Assembly: GCA_020184695.1 (NCBI GenBank)
Contig: JAANOX010000221.1
Location: 1 to 64,000, forward strand
Direction: 5' to 3'
DNA: 64,000 bases
Source: Histomonas meleagridis 2922-C6/04-290x
Taxonomy: Eukaryota; Protista; Parabasalia
The notes beneath the pieces were generated by a model that was not told the origin of the DNA, ran no database searches, and saw nothing but the letters and a program-made list of their open reading frames with translations. The position numbers and the translations under genes were made by a program. This document shows, one piece after another, positions 1-14,399 of the stretch. Numbering within the stretch: position 1 is the first letter of the stretch; every line of letters begins with the position of its first letter.

Positions 1-2919
1 ATATGTACAGCTTGTGTACGAAAACGGCTTGACAGCTTGCCACCGCAAATACCGTAACAATAGCTCAGGTTCGTTATCGTTCGATTATGCGCATCGTCGG
101 CTTTCTTACAACCGTAATCGTTGTAGCCGGTTTCGAACATGATAACATCAGTACAAATAAGCAACTGGATGTTACTTGCTCGACACGGATATTTGTTCAA
201 AGTGGGCTTGAATAACATTGTTCACGTTTTAATTTTTTCTAGCCTTACAATGTGTTACATTTCACGCCTTTCAAAAAAAATAATGAAATTGATACCATTG
301 GAAATCACACAAATGGTCGGTGGGTATTGGCAATATATTTTTTTCATAATACAAATAAATGCGTTTGTTTAAATGATTACTCAACTGCAGTGGTATAATG
401 CCGAAAATGACACAATATTTGCAGTTCATTCGTCATCATATGATCTTTCTTGTTAACATTTAAAATTCCAATTTCGTGTTACGTTAACTGTACTGTTGGC
501 ATGCATTATTGGTTCATTGTTCCCGTCGCCCTGAATGTTGTCTCCAGTTTCCCATGTTAATATTTTTTCAACATGATAGTCATGCATAACTGTTGGTTAA
601 ATTGAGTTTGTAATGCTTCCTTTGATTAATAAACATGATGCTAAACTGCCACCAGCCATACCATTTTCTTCTAAAGATAATCGTTTCTACAAAAAATTGA
701 AACACACTGTTCATATAATTACTTCAATATAAGACACTGATGACTGCCTGTAATAAATTTCTGGTCCATAAGCCAGTCACTGTTATTTGCAGCTTTCATT
801 ATATTTTAAATATAATTTTTTGTATTTTTTCGAAGAAAATTTGAAATTTCGTTTACTGAAAAGACGTTAAATGAACATGTACCAACATTGAATTTAATTC
901 GCCGGCTCACTATGCATCAATGTAGCATAATTTTGACGACCAGTATTACTGTTACATATTCACAACAAGATTTCTGTATATGATTTATCATGACGGTAAA
1001 ACATATTTTTTGAAGCAATTCTGATTTTATCCTTTGGGAATCTGGTTACTAATGCGAACTATTGCCAGTCAAGAAAATTAAAACATACAGGTTTTGAAGA
1101 AAGTAAAATTCATGTTAATTAGTGCTGTAATCTCGTTGTTGACTTGGAAGATTGATTTTGACGGTGTGCATGGCGATTTTCTTTTCATATTTTGATGTTT
1201 ATAGTGGTATGTGGGCCGGACTCTGATGCAACACACAACAACAGCAAATACACTTTCTTCCTTTTGTACACCTAACATTGACCTACAGAACACGGGTCAA
1301 TACAAAAGCCGAAATATAACAGAAATCTTGATAAAGCACTAGCTTAATTGACGAATATTGTTTCACGCTTAAAAACACATTAAGTTGGTGAATCAATAAT
1401 AATAAGACACAATAGCAATGAATGAATGGATGGAATACGTCACTGGAAAATTGTTGCAGTGAGAACTTTTAAATAGGATGACTCAATACTTGGCATTGAA
1501 TGATACGGTCGCGTTTCATATATCATAGCACAAGAGCTTGTAAAGAAGCTTCAAATTATTTTTGTGGTGTAAAAGCCGTACAAAGCACATAGACAGTTGC
1601 AACGAAAATTTTGTTAAAGCATTTCAAAATCGAAACATATAACACATATAAACATATCTATTTCCATCATTTTTACTGACATAGACCACATCACCATTGG
1701 GAAGCAAATAAAATATTTTTAATGAAATTTCCAGTCCTCATTCTATTAATGCACATCCACATGACATGAGAAGAACAAAATATCGTTCTTCGAATAATAT
1801 CAATATTACGATAAATATATGTTAATACAGTGTTTTTTAACAATAATAAATTTCTACATATTTTCTTGGTATATCATTATCTTCATTTCATTCATAAGCG
1901 GACTACTGCCAGCGGCATCATCACCTCAACATTATAATCAGAACATCAACATTATTAATTTTGATATTTACAGGTTTGCTCATTCGCATAACATATCGTT
2001 TCAATGCATGACTTATTATATTGTTGATAATAATAAATATATATCATTGTAAAAATATTATTTATTTACCTAATAAAAATATAAAAATAATATATTACTA
2101 TTTATGTAATTAATGTTTGAGTATCTAGATATTAAATCTTCTAATGATATGCCAGCTTATCGTTTATTATTAGGATAGGTTATTTTTAATTGCGTTTCTG
2201 CTTTTTTAACATATTTACAACATGCTAGTATTTCGCCAACAATAACTAGTCAGTATCATTTGACACTGATATTATTAGTATCACCACAATTTTTCAATAC
2301 TTTCATCAGCAATACATATTTATTCACTATTTAGATTATTTTCAATACCACTAACACACGCTAATGTTGCATATTTGACTAAGCTTTCATTGGCATTACA
2401 GCATTCGAGGAAATTACTCAGCGCATTCCTTGTTACTGGGCATCATTATTACGGGCTCTTTGGAACAGTGCCAGCCGTGGATACACCTTGAAAATACTCA
2501 CCAAAGCAAAACCAACCAAGAATACGCACATGCTGAACCAGCCACAAATGAACCATCACCGTCAGATACACATATGGTTGTAATGAAGTTTTTTAATATC
2601 ATATACTGATTGTTAACTCATCATTTAGCTTATCGTGAGCCTAATAATAGATAAGTTTATCAATGATGTTTCATATTATTCTTTCTGGACATATTTTGCC
2701 ATCGATACCGATAGCTGCTGTGGAATAAGCATGTTCTACTATATTTCCATTTGCCATACTGAACAATATATCACGATGCCCAACACCTGTCGTAAGCAGT
2801 TGCGCTGATACGTGAAATTTCCTCATCACATATATGTATTGAACAGTAAATGGTGTTACGGTTAACATATCTATTTTTAACATATATCTTGGTAGAGTAT
2901 ATTTGAATGTTTGTCGCAT

Positions 2920-3828
2920 TGTTGCTTTTGCGTCGCAAAATATATAAATAGCAATCACTAAACACTATAAAATTTAAAAGTATTTTTAAATAAAGCACTG
3001 ATATGGTTAATGTTGAAATTATTCATTAAGAAGGAAATTTAACCATAACAATATTTTCAGAGCAAAATGGCAATGTTACATATGAACAGCTCTTCATTGA
3101 AGAACTCGTTGTGGTTTCTGGACACACAGTGGTTGAGGAGGAAAGAAGGGATCAGCATTTGTAGCAATGGATAGAATGTCAAATAATTTGTATTGGATCA
3201 TATAGAATTAGACTCTATAGACGAAGCACTGTCTGTATTCAGAACACGAGGTGATTTTCGTCCACTGTCTGCACAGAGATTACCTGGTTTAGTATTTCGT
3301 TATAAGGGTCTGCAGACGATCGCAAATGATTCAGTGCCAAAAGCTTTATCAAGTATCATTAAGAGCAAGAAGAATTCTTATCGCGTTGAGTCATGGTTCC
3401 CACTCAAGAGGCTATCAAGTGATTCTTGTCTCTGATGACACAGCTCTGGGAGTTTGTGAATACATACTGAGTAATAGATGAATAAAATTACAACAATGAG
3501 ATACAATATTTAATATTGATAATTGAGTAAACACATTTTGCTGGCCGCAAAGAAGGGTTATTATTGATAATGTGGGGTGCACACCAACATGACCAAAACA
3601 ATTGTACTAGCCAAGAGAGCACTCATCCCCCGTTTTTTACTTCAAATGCGCCACCCCGATTTCTTTTTTAAAATCAGATACCCAAAGACAAGATGAATGA
3701 AATTAACACGAATGTAAGCGAAGCTGGCAACAGCAGAATAAGCGAACACGATGACCTACTATCGATGACACAATCAATTACCACCTTAATAATATATTAT
3801 ACTGCAAGTGAAATACCGGAACACTTAT
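2920..3828 (+). pseudogene. Mirror (degenerate) copy of the mariner element at 19,687-20,971
   Basis: ORF 3193-3435 retains LGLVFRY...IIKSKKNSYR..ESWF fragments. A TIR-like stretch at ~3805-3828 mirrors 19,687-19,712. Not an independent element. Confidence 0.8.
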
Positions 3829-6800
3829 AAGATTTTACAACAGTTTCATTAATATTGAAACCAAAATTGCACTCATTTTCAAAATTGAACCAACAACAGA
3901 GGCTTCATTACCAGGCACAATGTTAGCTGATGGGCTTCCAGCCTGTGTTGGATATCTATATTAGTTGCTGCATACAATTATATTTCAGCACAGAACATTT
4001 GGGAGAGGTTTCTGTTTTCGTTCAGCTCCTGCAAATATTTTTAAAGATTAGTCTCGTGTGTCGTTAATTCATTGTTTATTGTTAAATAATATATTATTAA
4101 CATATAATGTGTAATGTAATGTTATGGAAAATAAATTGAAAGACGAAGTTCATACTGGTTACTTGTGGTTGGCTAACGAAATTATCATGTATAAATACAA
4201 ATATGATAAAAGTATATGATAACAAAGTAATTATAATAAATAAGAAATAGGACAGCATGGGTCATATTAAAGAGTTAACATACAGTCATCATAATAGGAT
4301 ACAACAAATTGGCTCACATTCATTTCAAAATACGACATTTATCACCACTGCGATAAATAATGACAGGTATGTAATGCAGTAAAATATTCTACTGAATCCT
4401 CTGAAAAATCTTTATGGGTCGATATTTTTTACTTTATCATACTCAGATATTTGTTATTCAGTTTATGTCAAATTGTAAGGTTCATTTGTCATTGTCAGGA
4501 AGAGATGATCCAACAGTAACGAGGTTCGTCATTATTACATCTCAGTGCCGACATCTTCACGTTAACTATTTGGGGTGTTTCTACGATATTCTTTATTAAA
4601 TATGTCACTGTAGATATATTCTACAAAATTTATCAAGAAATATTAAATCCTGAATATATTCTTCTTAATTTAGAATTTTCGAACATTTTTTTGGAGTCAT
4701 TGCTGGCTTGAAGTATCGGTCACATGTTTCATTGCTTTTCAAGAGAGATGATATCACGGTATAAGTTGTAATAAATCTGTCTATTATACCTAAATTATTT
4801 ATGAGCTTTTTATCAGTATTATATGAACAATAACACATAAATCATATATATTATTTTCTACAAACTATTTTCATCAGAAGTTATTTGACGATATTTATCA
4901 TCAAATTGTTTTAAAAGAATCATTTTCCAGCAATCTTGCGCCATAGAAGATAAGTTTGTTCTCGAATTTTCTTTTCAGTTATCTATTAATGAAATGGAAG
5001 TCGAATATGAAGGTATTTTGTTAAAGCCGTTATTGAACAAAGGTATAAAAGACAGACAACGAATTAAAATCGAAGAATATAACATAATCCGAAAATGAGG
5101 ACATGAACCAAACAAAGCGTATCATCAGAATAAGATTACAAAAAAGAAGTGAATATAAAGATAATAATGAACTGTAAATATATTACACATCATACCATGA
5201 AGAATAAATTAATAACAAGGAGCACCTCACAAAATGTTACTTGAAAGAAGTTAATTCTGACTATAGTATTTTAATGTCTTCATAATGGATGTCATATAAT
5301 ATATTATTGGGGTTTAACTAACCTTTATAACAATTTATGAAATACCACTTTCTTTTATCTTATTATATGTGTTTTGCATCATCAACCTAATGTAATGAAA
5401 TATTGAAATTTAGAATAATGAGAGAATGTGTTGATGCACTTGCTAATATACTTGAGTATGTTATTTCACAGCAATGGAGTTGAAAATAAACGAAAAGTTA
5501 CGCCTCACGCCGATGAGAGCAGATCAGATTTAGATAATTCATATTTGTAACAGAAATGACACACTACTTTTGTGATTCAGTTTAAAAATATTATATATTG
5601 AATAGGTCAGATGATCAGTATAGAATTTATAAAATACTGATAAAATACAATATAATACTAGCTGGATGGCTTACGTTTTAACAGTTTTATTCGAAAGCTT
5701 AAGGCCGGAAATATGGTTGGCCAGAGCATTACAGTCATGACTTGATTCTCGGTGTTTACCAGATCTTTCAGTAATACTGTCAGCACAATATTGCTGTGTA
5801 TTTCTTCACAATTCCAAGTTATATCTATTATTATTTAATATTAGATATTCTACTGGGGCTGGTAAATATCACATAGTTATCAAAATTCCATGTAGCGTGA
5901 TAGAGAAACTATTAGCAAAGTAAAGTGCTCGAAAGAGATGTTTATGTGACGGCGTTTCGAAATAGCACGAACACAGCATAAACAATTGGAAGGAACAGAA
6001 CTCAGGGTATATTTTCGTGCCATGCATGCCCCACTGGGTGTCATCCAGGCAATGAACGGTAAACGATTGATTATAAATGGTTGGTCCGAAAGTAATTAAA
6101 CATTTTATATCATGATGACATTTACTTTAAATGTGTGGCATGACAAACACCACCACTGCACCAATTCATTCAATAAAAGGAATGGAAAGTCATTTTGATT
6201 TCCGAGGCATGCTTACTGGAGCTTCGACAACGGAGGTTAATGCATGTGCAGAAAGGTTTTGGTTGTGCAAAGTACCTTACTTCTTCAAAGGCGATGCAAC
6301 TTTTGTTCTCAGGCAGGTCACGCTGAAAGGATATCCAAAGCTGACTGTTGATATCGAGCATTCACAGCTTGATGTTACCTAAGGTGGAAGTCAGGCCTGG
6401 AAGCTAAAGCTGTGCCATTAACCGAAAGGTCTCTTGGCTTAAAAATCAAAGGCCTCTTAACCTCAACGAAATCGGGAGAAACAGTTTTGAGATTTAACGC
6501 AAAGGACAAAAAATAAATTATTTAAAACTGTTCATCTCGTAGCTTTGAATTTTGACATAAAGTGTAAAACTTGAATTATTAGTAATCTCTGCCAGAGATA
6601 TAACTGTGCTTATATCATAACAGATTGTACTTTCTGAATTTAATAATGTTCCAAAACGCATCTGTTTTGTCATCATAATAATAATCTTCATTTGATATTA
6701 TTACATTGACAACACTCAGATGTTTTTTATTTTTCTCGATTGACACCAACGGAGATTTGAACGCATTGTTGGACGTATCATCAGGATTATATCGTATTGG

Positions 6801-8184
6801 GCTTAAGAATTTCATAATCGGTAATGAAATTTCACATCATGCTTCCCGATGGTATATGAGCCACATCCATACTTGATTTGGGAACACAAGTTTTCAACTC
6901 ACAGCTTTAGTTAGAAATAAAATAAATGTTGAAATAGCTTTAATTTTTTATTTCAGTCATCCGAAAAATGCCAATTTACTCTGCCTGAAGAGGGTCTGTG
7001 TGGTTTCCATTTTTGATGTGACTTTTTGATGAATATTTTGAGGGTCGCTTTTTTGTGTGTCACACATGTTTATTGAGCTTGAGGGTTTTTACAAATTTTC
7101 AAGGACATTTCCTGAAAATTGCATAACAGTTTTTCATCACATGTCAGTTGATGAAAAATTACGCTCTGATCTTGCTTAGGCCAACGGACGGGAGAAATGA
7201 CGGCTGAACAAATCGCTGCAGCCAGGCATTTCAAAATTTTCACACTCAAACGGAAATTAATAAAATGGCTGAAGTTGTACTGTGCGCTTGAATCACGAAG
7301 TGTGGCAAATTTTTCGAATTGCCAGCAAAACGATTAACAACTGAATAGGTACTGAAAATGAATTTCCAATGAGTTCCGTTTCAGCAGCGTCTGTGACGCT
7401 GACGCAAGTCACGTATTATTTTCCAGCTGTAAAAGTAAGTATTGAATATTTACACGAAAAATTTCGGCGGTAATGAACGTTAATAAATTATACTGGCGGT
7501 AATGAGCCTGATCTATAGCCGAAATTGAATGATGCGTTAATGTCAAACGTACCTTGAATCGTCACACTTGGGCAAAATATTGATGATTCTTATGACGGTG
7601 TTTACATATGATAAACGTTGCTGGAACGTTGAGTTGAACGTTAAGGTAGAAATAAAATAAAATTAATAGGCAGAACGAATGTTATCACAACAGACTGTGG
7701 ACCTGTAAGGCGTTCATTGGTGCGACTGACATTGAAATTAAAGATCCATGCTGATACTGATTACATATCAAACGCCCTATTGCCTGTATTTTGGAAATGT
7801 TGTTCTTTCCTCTATCAAATCCTTTTCAGTTATATTTGATTACCAGCGTACGCAGATATACTTAGCTTTTCTTGTGCCATCGTCTGCTTTTGTGCTTCTC
7901 GTCATTTTCGGCTTCCATAAATCTATTATTTAATTCGCAGGAGCACAAGTTTTCTTTCTCCAGTTTGAGTGCCTGAACTTTAAATTTACCGATTCAAGAA
8001 GTTTTAGCTCTCTTATCATTATGAAGTATGTTTGTTTGTTGTCACCCATTCCTCACGCTGTATTATGATTATATTTATACCGACAGTGGCGTAATTTTAT
8101 TGAGTATTTTGATATTAACATCTTTTGAATGAACTATTTATTAACGGTAAAATTTACTTATAAATGTAAATACCAGGTAATCCA

Positions 8185-8900
8185 GATGAGACAGGAAGAT
8201 TGCTTGATAAATTAGAAAATAGAACAAAAGAGCTTTAGAAATGCCAAGATAAAACCTACTACAAAAATTTTACTAAAATTACCAAGCGAGAAGCCGATAG
8301 TTAGGCAAATCATATCTTTGATGTTAAATTTGAAAGAAACAAGAAGTACATTTAATCCATAACCGTTTCGAATTAATAACTGACTAGGTAATAATTCAAA
8401 ATTTGATGAAATAAAAGAAAACGAAACTTGCTGCATAAAGATACTGATTTAGACTGGATTGAAAGAATTTTAAAATATACTTATCATCAAATATATCAAT
8501 TCTGGGGATTTAAGAAAGATGAAATACTCTGAATAATTAAAGAAGAATAAAATACATTTTTGAGTTATGAAATAATAATGGAAAATTTATTCATGATGAG
8601 AGCTGCTTCAGCTGATATTGGGACATTTTGCAACACCTTTACTGGCAGGGCAAGAAATGGAGATGTCAACATTGCTTCAAAACTGCACACGTTAACGTTG
8701 TCATTTGTGTGTAAACAACAGCAATACTGTGCAAGAACTTTGTCAGATACGTTTACTGAATTGACAGCAAGACTTTTCGGGATTCGTTGTTACTTGACGC
8801 AAAGTTTGCAAAAAGAACAGGGCAAAAATGAAAGACACTACACGGCCCACACAGCACGAGGTTAATACAATCAAAAGGAAAGAATCTAAGATTCGAATAC
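8185..8900 (+). pseudogene. Mirror (degenerate) copy of the packaging ATPase gene
   Basis: ORF 8560-8865 (..KLHTLTLSFVCKQ..RTLSD..) parallels KLRHFNINVIICVQ..KRTLSD of 12961-13401; lies in the fold-back arm. Confidence 0.75.
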
Positions 8901-10729
8901 TCATGTAATATTTTGATTTGACCACCAACAAATAAATTATCATATCGAAATTTGATTCAGTAATGCGCTTCGTGATATGCTTCGTCATCTCGTATATGTG
9001 ACAAATCGTGACTTATGTCAATTTTCAAAATGATTTTGACATAATTGAATTTCGTTGAAAAGATTACAGAACGATTTTTGAAATAAGACAGAGCTCGTTT
9101 GACATAAGAATCTTTTTCAACATTTGGACAAAAAGATATTGACTGGAGCTGATAAAAGAGCTTCCGACTGATTCAGCAAATACTAAATGGTCTGTACCAC
9201 AAATGTTGATGGTGGTAGAAAGAATTTCCAGAGAGTAACCTCGATATCTGAATTATATTATATGAAGAGTATTGTGCGTTATTTGAAGAAGTGTCGATTA
9301 GACGCCCTTTTGAATTAAAGAAATTCAACAGTAATATAAACGTTCAGAAAGTTTATCATTATTGAAATAGTATTTTTTAACATAATTTGGGCAACATCTT
9401 CTCAATAACAAGCCAGCCAACGATGCGCCATCATTTTTCTGATGTAGTTGGTGCGGTGATGTATCAATTTGCTGTGGCTGCTCAAGCGTCGGGAGAAATT
9501 AACAATTACTGCATTATACATTTTATGGAATGTGTAATTTCATGAAAACATATATACCAAGGTTGTAACAAAAGCCAATCTTCAGCCGGCAAACATGCAT
9601 TTAGCCAACCCAAGTGAGGCCTCGATTCCCGGCGAGACTACCAGTTGAGGCTCGTGGTTGAAAACACCCTGAAAATTGTGCTGTACTTTCATGACTGTCC
9701 CGACACACCAAAAACTGGTCATGATTAATCCCCCACCGTCATCCTTGCGTTAAATCCTCAAAGCTCGCTTTTCTCCGCTTTTCAGGTTGTGTTGTTGGGG
9801 GCATCATCGTGCATCGGTACTTTTTTAACATTTTTAACATATCTTTTAACATAGCTTTAACATTTTAATTTATGCAAAATGCTTTATTGGTGCTTGGGAT
9901 GTGTGTTATTGAACATTTACGTTTAAATTCAATCGTAATAATGACAAAAATATATGTATTTAAGAGGAAGAAATCTCGAAGATATTGTGCTAACACTCTA
10001 TCAGAATTACATCATTTAACACAACCTGCATATTTCGGATAAATATTTTTTACCGCTTGCCAGCCCACGTTAAATGCCAGAGTTGGCGCATCGTTGGCTT
10101 TTCGATAAAATCACCCGACGTTAATGAATGTCTTCTTTCGTGAAATGAAAGGCTTAGGGCTCTAAGTCATTTCTTGTTCTTTAAATATTGATGAAAGTTA
10201 TTACTTCAGTTTGTTGACAGTCAACTCGAGATTTTTTTTTTGATTGTTGATTTTTTAATGATACATCATGATTGCGACATATTATAGCTTGGGGCGACGG
10301 TCTGAAACCATTCATACCATAACTTCAACAATGATTAAACTATCATACTGACGTTAAAATTCTTCAAATATATTTTGAATTTCACGATACGTGATTGTGG
10401 GTGAAGCACCACTGACTTCAGTTACTCAAACTGCACGAGAAAACGCAGAGGTCGGCGTTATATCTACCTTCTTATGCCAATAGTTTAGTTTCGCGATGGA
10501 CAATCAATTGAGGATGATCAACATTTCAGCCTGACACATACTCATCTAATTCCATGCAGTTACAAATTGACTGCTTCATACAGCTTATCTGTTAAAATAA
10601 CAATTATTGTTTGAAAATTTGAGGTTATAAAGAGCATTACTGTATACAACACTGTTTTTATTCATTAATGCTCTTACTATATTTTCAATTTTTTCAAACT
10701 GTGAATTTGACATTTTTAATAAGATAAAA

Positions 10730-11550
10730 ATGTATAAAACTGAAAATCAATTTACAACAACTGCGTCTCAGTTACCGATTGAAGAAAATTATACAAATCT
10801 TGATTTAGATAAGTATGAAGTATTAAATCCTCAAAATGGTTATACTTTCCGTTATCCTCAACGTTGGTTAGAGTCTCCGTCACAGAATAAAGCTATTGGC
10901 ATAAGAAGATTAGATATAACGCCGACCGCTCACGTTTTCTCATTACAGTTTGAAGTAACTAAACCTGAAAGCGTCAGTGGTTCTTCACCTAATCCACGTA
11001 TCATTAAAATTCAAGTTATGGCGCAAAATACTTTATTTGAAATTTTAACGTCAATTTTGTAATAGTTTTAATAATTCATTTGCGAGTTATAGATTATCTT
11101 ATGAATACGAAGACTCAGGCAATTTATATTTTGCTTGTACTTATGTAGGCTCGGATGAAAGCCAAAATCTTGTCGCAAAATTCGCGATTGTTGATTCAGG
11201 AAGTACTACATCTAATTTAGAAAGTTTTTTTGAAATTCTTAAATCAAGATGTAACGTCAGAAAGTATAAGTTATTTGTCAACTCAAACGGAAGTAATGAC
11301 TTTTAATAATGTTTGGAACAGAGAGTATTTAGAATTTCATGCTTCATTTAGTGATTCGAAGAGACGATTCATTGGCATCAAAGGTGATTTTTATGAAAAA
11401 CCAACGGTATTATATAACGCGCCAACTGATGGCTCAACATTTAACATTAGATTTACAACAAACGGTAAAAATAATATTTATCCGAAATATTGCAGGTTTA
11501 TTATTCAATTAGTATTTCTTTATAATTACAGAAAAACTGTTGTACTTTAA
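10730..11550 (+). pseudogene. Maverick conserved beta-rich ORF (possibly structural), split by two +1 T homopolymer frameshifts
   Basis: ORFs 10730-11062 and 11230-11550 join into one frame if one T is removed at ~11,056 (ATTTTGT) and one at ~11,228 (T7 run). YTFRYPQRW..NKAIGIRR resembles a recurring trichomonad Maverick ORF (recollection, not searched). Confidence 0.6.
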
Positions 11551-11749
11551 GAGTAAAGTGACCTTTTAATATCTTCAGGGATTTCTTTTTTATCTCCTTC
11601 CTCTTCGTTAAATACAACATATATTTTTATCATTGTATTTACGATTGAATTTAAAACGTAAATGGTTCCAATAACACACATCCAAACACCAATAAAAAAC
11701 ATTTTACATAAATTAAAATGTTAAAAAAGTATGTTAAAAAAGTAAAAAA

Positions 11750-12140
11750 GTACCATTAAAATTTTCAAAGGTGATTTTTTAACCTTTTTTTTTAACCCTT
11801 TACGAAACGGAGAAAATGAGCATTTTTTGAAGGATTTAACGCAAAAGTTGACGGTTGATATATCGGTAAGAGTTTGTTGTTAATCCTATGTGGATTTTAG
11901 TGTTTGGAGCTTAAAGTTGTTATTAACTGAGGTTTTGAATGTAAAAAGTACCTTTTAATTTTCAAAGGTGATTTTTTAACCCTTTTTTTGAACCCTCAAC
12001 GAATCCGAGTCTCGCCAGGGCTCGAACCTCACTAGGTTCGGTAAATTAGCGTTTTTCGGGTGATCTGACGTGAATATTGCATGTTTGCTCGAGTTACTGA
12101 AAGGTTAACTTTTTGTGATTTTTTAACCCTTGAATTTTTT
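11750..12140. repeat. Maverick intergenic repeat module
   Basis: AAAGGTGATTTTTTAACC..AACCCT..ACGAA..CGG block occurs twice (~11,768 and ~11,965). An inverted near-copy is at 16,190-16,560 and related blocks are at ~15,470 and 30,040-30,190. Confidence 0.8.
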
Positions 12141-12175
12141 ATATATGTTTTTCATAAATTTTTACAATATATAAA

Positions 12176-12934
12176 ATGTATAATGCAGTAATTGATTATA
12201 CAATTTCTTCCTACGACGCTGAACATTACAATAGAATTGACGTAAACTTACCGTCACCGCCAAAACGTAAAGAAAAAATGATTGTAACATCGTTAACGAC
12301 TAAATGTTCTATTGTTGTTATTGAGAAAGATGATTTTATACAGATTAATGGTAAAAAATACTATTTCAATAATGATTACACTGACTTAAACTCACAAACG
12401 TTTATATTACTGTTGAATTTCTTAATTCAAGAATCAGGCGTTACGTCTGAAGTCGACGAAGCCGGTAGAATTGTATTTACTTCTTCAAATGCCTTTACAA
12501 TAAATAATGCTTCATATAATATAATTCAAATATCAGGGTTATACTCACAAATTCTTCCTATACCATCAACATTTAATGGTACAGATACATTTGAAATATT
12601 TGCTGAATCAGTCGGAAATACTTTATCAACTCCAGTATTATATCTTTTGTCAAATGTTGGAAAAAGTTCTTATAGAAATTTAAACGAAACCATTAACATT
12701 TCAAAAATCGTTCTTAGAATCAATAACTCTTTTTCGGCAAATTTTCCGATTATTGTATCAAACGTCGATTTTGAAATTGACATAAATTCTAATGATTTGT
12801 CACATATACAGTTGACACTCGTTGACGCAAACCTTCACGAAGTACATTTACTGAATCCAATGTATATAACAATTTCTGTTCAAGGAATGCCAGATGAAGA
12901 TTTATTTGTTGGTGAGATTCAAAATCAAAAATAA
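12176..12934 (+). CDS. Maverick minor capsid (penton-like, single jelly-roll) protein
   Basis: Intact 252-aa beta-rich ORF. C-terminal STPVLYLLSN..LRINNSFSANFPII..LTLVDANLHEVHLLNPMYITISV pattern is typical of trichomonad Polinton penton-like proteins; lies next to the ATPase. Confidence 0.65.
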   Translation: MYNAVIDYTISSYDAEHYNRIDVNLPSPPKRKEKMIVTSLTTKCSIVVIEKDDFIQINGKKYYFNNDYTDLNSQTFILLLNFLIQESGVTSEVDEAGRIVFTSSNAFTINNASYNIIQISGLYSQILPIPSTFNGTDTFEIFAESVGNTLSTPVLYLLSNVGKSSYRNLNETINISKIVLRINNSFSANFPIIVSNVDFEIDINSNDLSHIQLTLVDANLHEVHLLNPMYITISVQGMPDEDLFVGEIQNQK

Positions 12935-12960
12935 TTTTTATGAAACATTGTTTCCGAATC

Positions 12961-13861
12961 TTAAGATTCTTTCATTTTTTGATTTATAATAACTCTTCGT
13001 GCTTTAATGTGAATACTAAACGTACCGTGTGGGTCTTTCATTTTGCTATATTCTTTCCATAAAGCTTTTGCGTCAAAAACACTCGCTGGTGATTCCTTCA
13101 ACAGATCGAAAAAGTCTTCTTGTCCAATTCCATTAAATAATACAATATCTGACAAAGTTCTTTTTATATCTTTTGGTATACTTTTTGTTGTTTGCACACA
13201 AATGATAACGTTAATATTAAAGTGTCTGAGTTTTTTAAGTAATCTTGACATCTCCGTTTCTTTACTTCTCAGTAAAGGATGATTAGCAAAATCATCTAAT
13301 ATCAACAAACATCTATGCGGATAAGTTTTCCATTGATATTTCGCTAACTTTTCAGAAATGTATTTTAATTTCTTCTTTGAATTATTCAAATTATATTTCA
13401 TAAATAATCTTTCTACTTCTTCATCCGTTTTCTTAAAATCAGAATTGATATATTTAATGATAGAATTATATTTTAAAAATTCTCCGAATATATTTATTAA
13501 TCCAGTCTAACAAATCAGTATCTTTTATCGCAACAAGTTTCGTTTTCTTTATTGCTTCTTTATAAGTATTTACTGTTTCATCAAATTTTGAGGATGTACT
13601 ACAAATAGTTATTAATTCAAAAAACGGTTCGTTAAATAATACTTCTTGTTTCGCTCCGAGTTTAACGTAAAGATATGATTTGCCTGAACCCATCGGCGCT
13701 ATAAAAGCTGTTATTCCGTTTTGAGCAAATAAAAATTTTTCATGAATGGGTTTTATCTTAGCATTTTCTAAAATTTCTTTGTTCTGTTTTTCTAATTTAT
13801 CAAACAATTCTTCTATCTCATCAAATTTTTTATCTATATTCTCCGAATTATTTTTTCGCAT
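12961..13861 (-). pseudogene. Maverick DNA-packaging ATPase (A32/FtsK-HerA family), one +1 frameshift
   Basis: Walker A APMGSGKS in ORF 13466-13861 and Walker B LLILDDF in ORF 12961-13401. Removing one base in the homopolymer at ~13,476-13,481 gives RRILKYNSIIKY and a single ORF of ~300 codons. Confidence 0.9.
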
Positions 13862-13901
13862 TATTTTTTATTTATAAAAATAAATTTTTTACCGTTAATA
13901 A

Positions 13902-14363
13902 ATGGATTCATTCCAAGATTATTTAATATCAGAATATAAAATAAATTACGCCGCTGTTGATTTTAAATATAATCATAATACAACAGTGAAGATAGACAAA
14001 CCAACAAATAAACCTATACTTCATAATAATATTCTTGTCGGCGTTAAATTTTATGATAAGAATTTAAAACTTCTTGAATCAGTAAATTTAAAGTTTACCG
14101 ATAACATTCTTACTAAAACAAATGAAAAGAAACTTGTAAATATTGCTCCTGCAGAATTAAATAATAAATTTATGGAAGCCAGAAATGATATTGTCAAGAA
14201 AATCACAAACGAACTTGTTGAGAAACGTGAAGAAATCGATAATAGAATTATATCATTAAATGCATATATTGGTAATCAAAATATAGCAATTTCAAAAGAG
14301 TTTGAAGGAGAAAAAATAACGTTTCCGGAAAATACAAACAATAAGAAATCGTTTGATATGTAA
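13902..14363 (+). CDS. Maverick hypothetical protein (153 aa)
   Basis: Intact ORF divergent from the ATPase inside element A; no motif recognised. Confidence 0.6.
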   Translation: MDSFQDYLISEYKINYAAVDFKYNHNTTVKIDKPTNKPILHNNILVGVKFYDKNLKLLESVNLKFTDNILTKTNEKKLVNIAPAELNNKFMEARNDIVKKITNELVEKREEIDNRIISLNAYIGNQNIAISKEFEGEKITFPENTNNKKSFDM

Positions 14364-14399
14364 ATCATGTGAAAATGACTATCATATAACGAGATAAAT

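Larger units (their letters stand above)
1..10651 (-). repeat. Degenerate inverted copy (left arm of fold-back palindrome) of 10,653-~24,820
   Basis: Colinear exact reverse-complement anchors: 135-150=rc(24646-24661); 1948-1974=rc(22203-22229); 3285-3304=rc(20455-20474); 7140-7161=rc(15263-15284); 10450-10466=rc(10911-10927). Fold centre ~10,652 (AGAGCATTA 10631-39 pairs with TAATGCTCT 10666-74). The left arm is ~25% shorter and full of small deletions. Confidence 0.95.

Noticed and set aside
1-20. ATATGTACAGCTTGTGTACG as a nanopore adapter remnant
   Set aside because: It does not match the mirrored genomic sequence and shares ATGTAC..TACG with ligation adapters, but it is too short and degenerate to call.
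139-8988. About 20 short ORFs in the first 10 kb
   Set aside because: They are chance frames or scrambled mirrors of right-arm genes (MCP, mariner, integrase, HNH, ATPase) within the fold-back arm.
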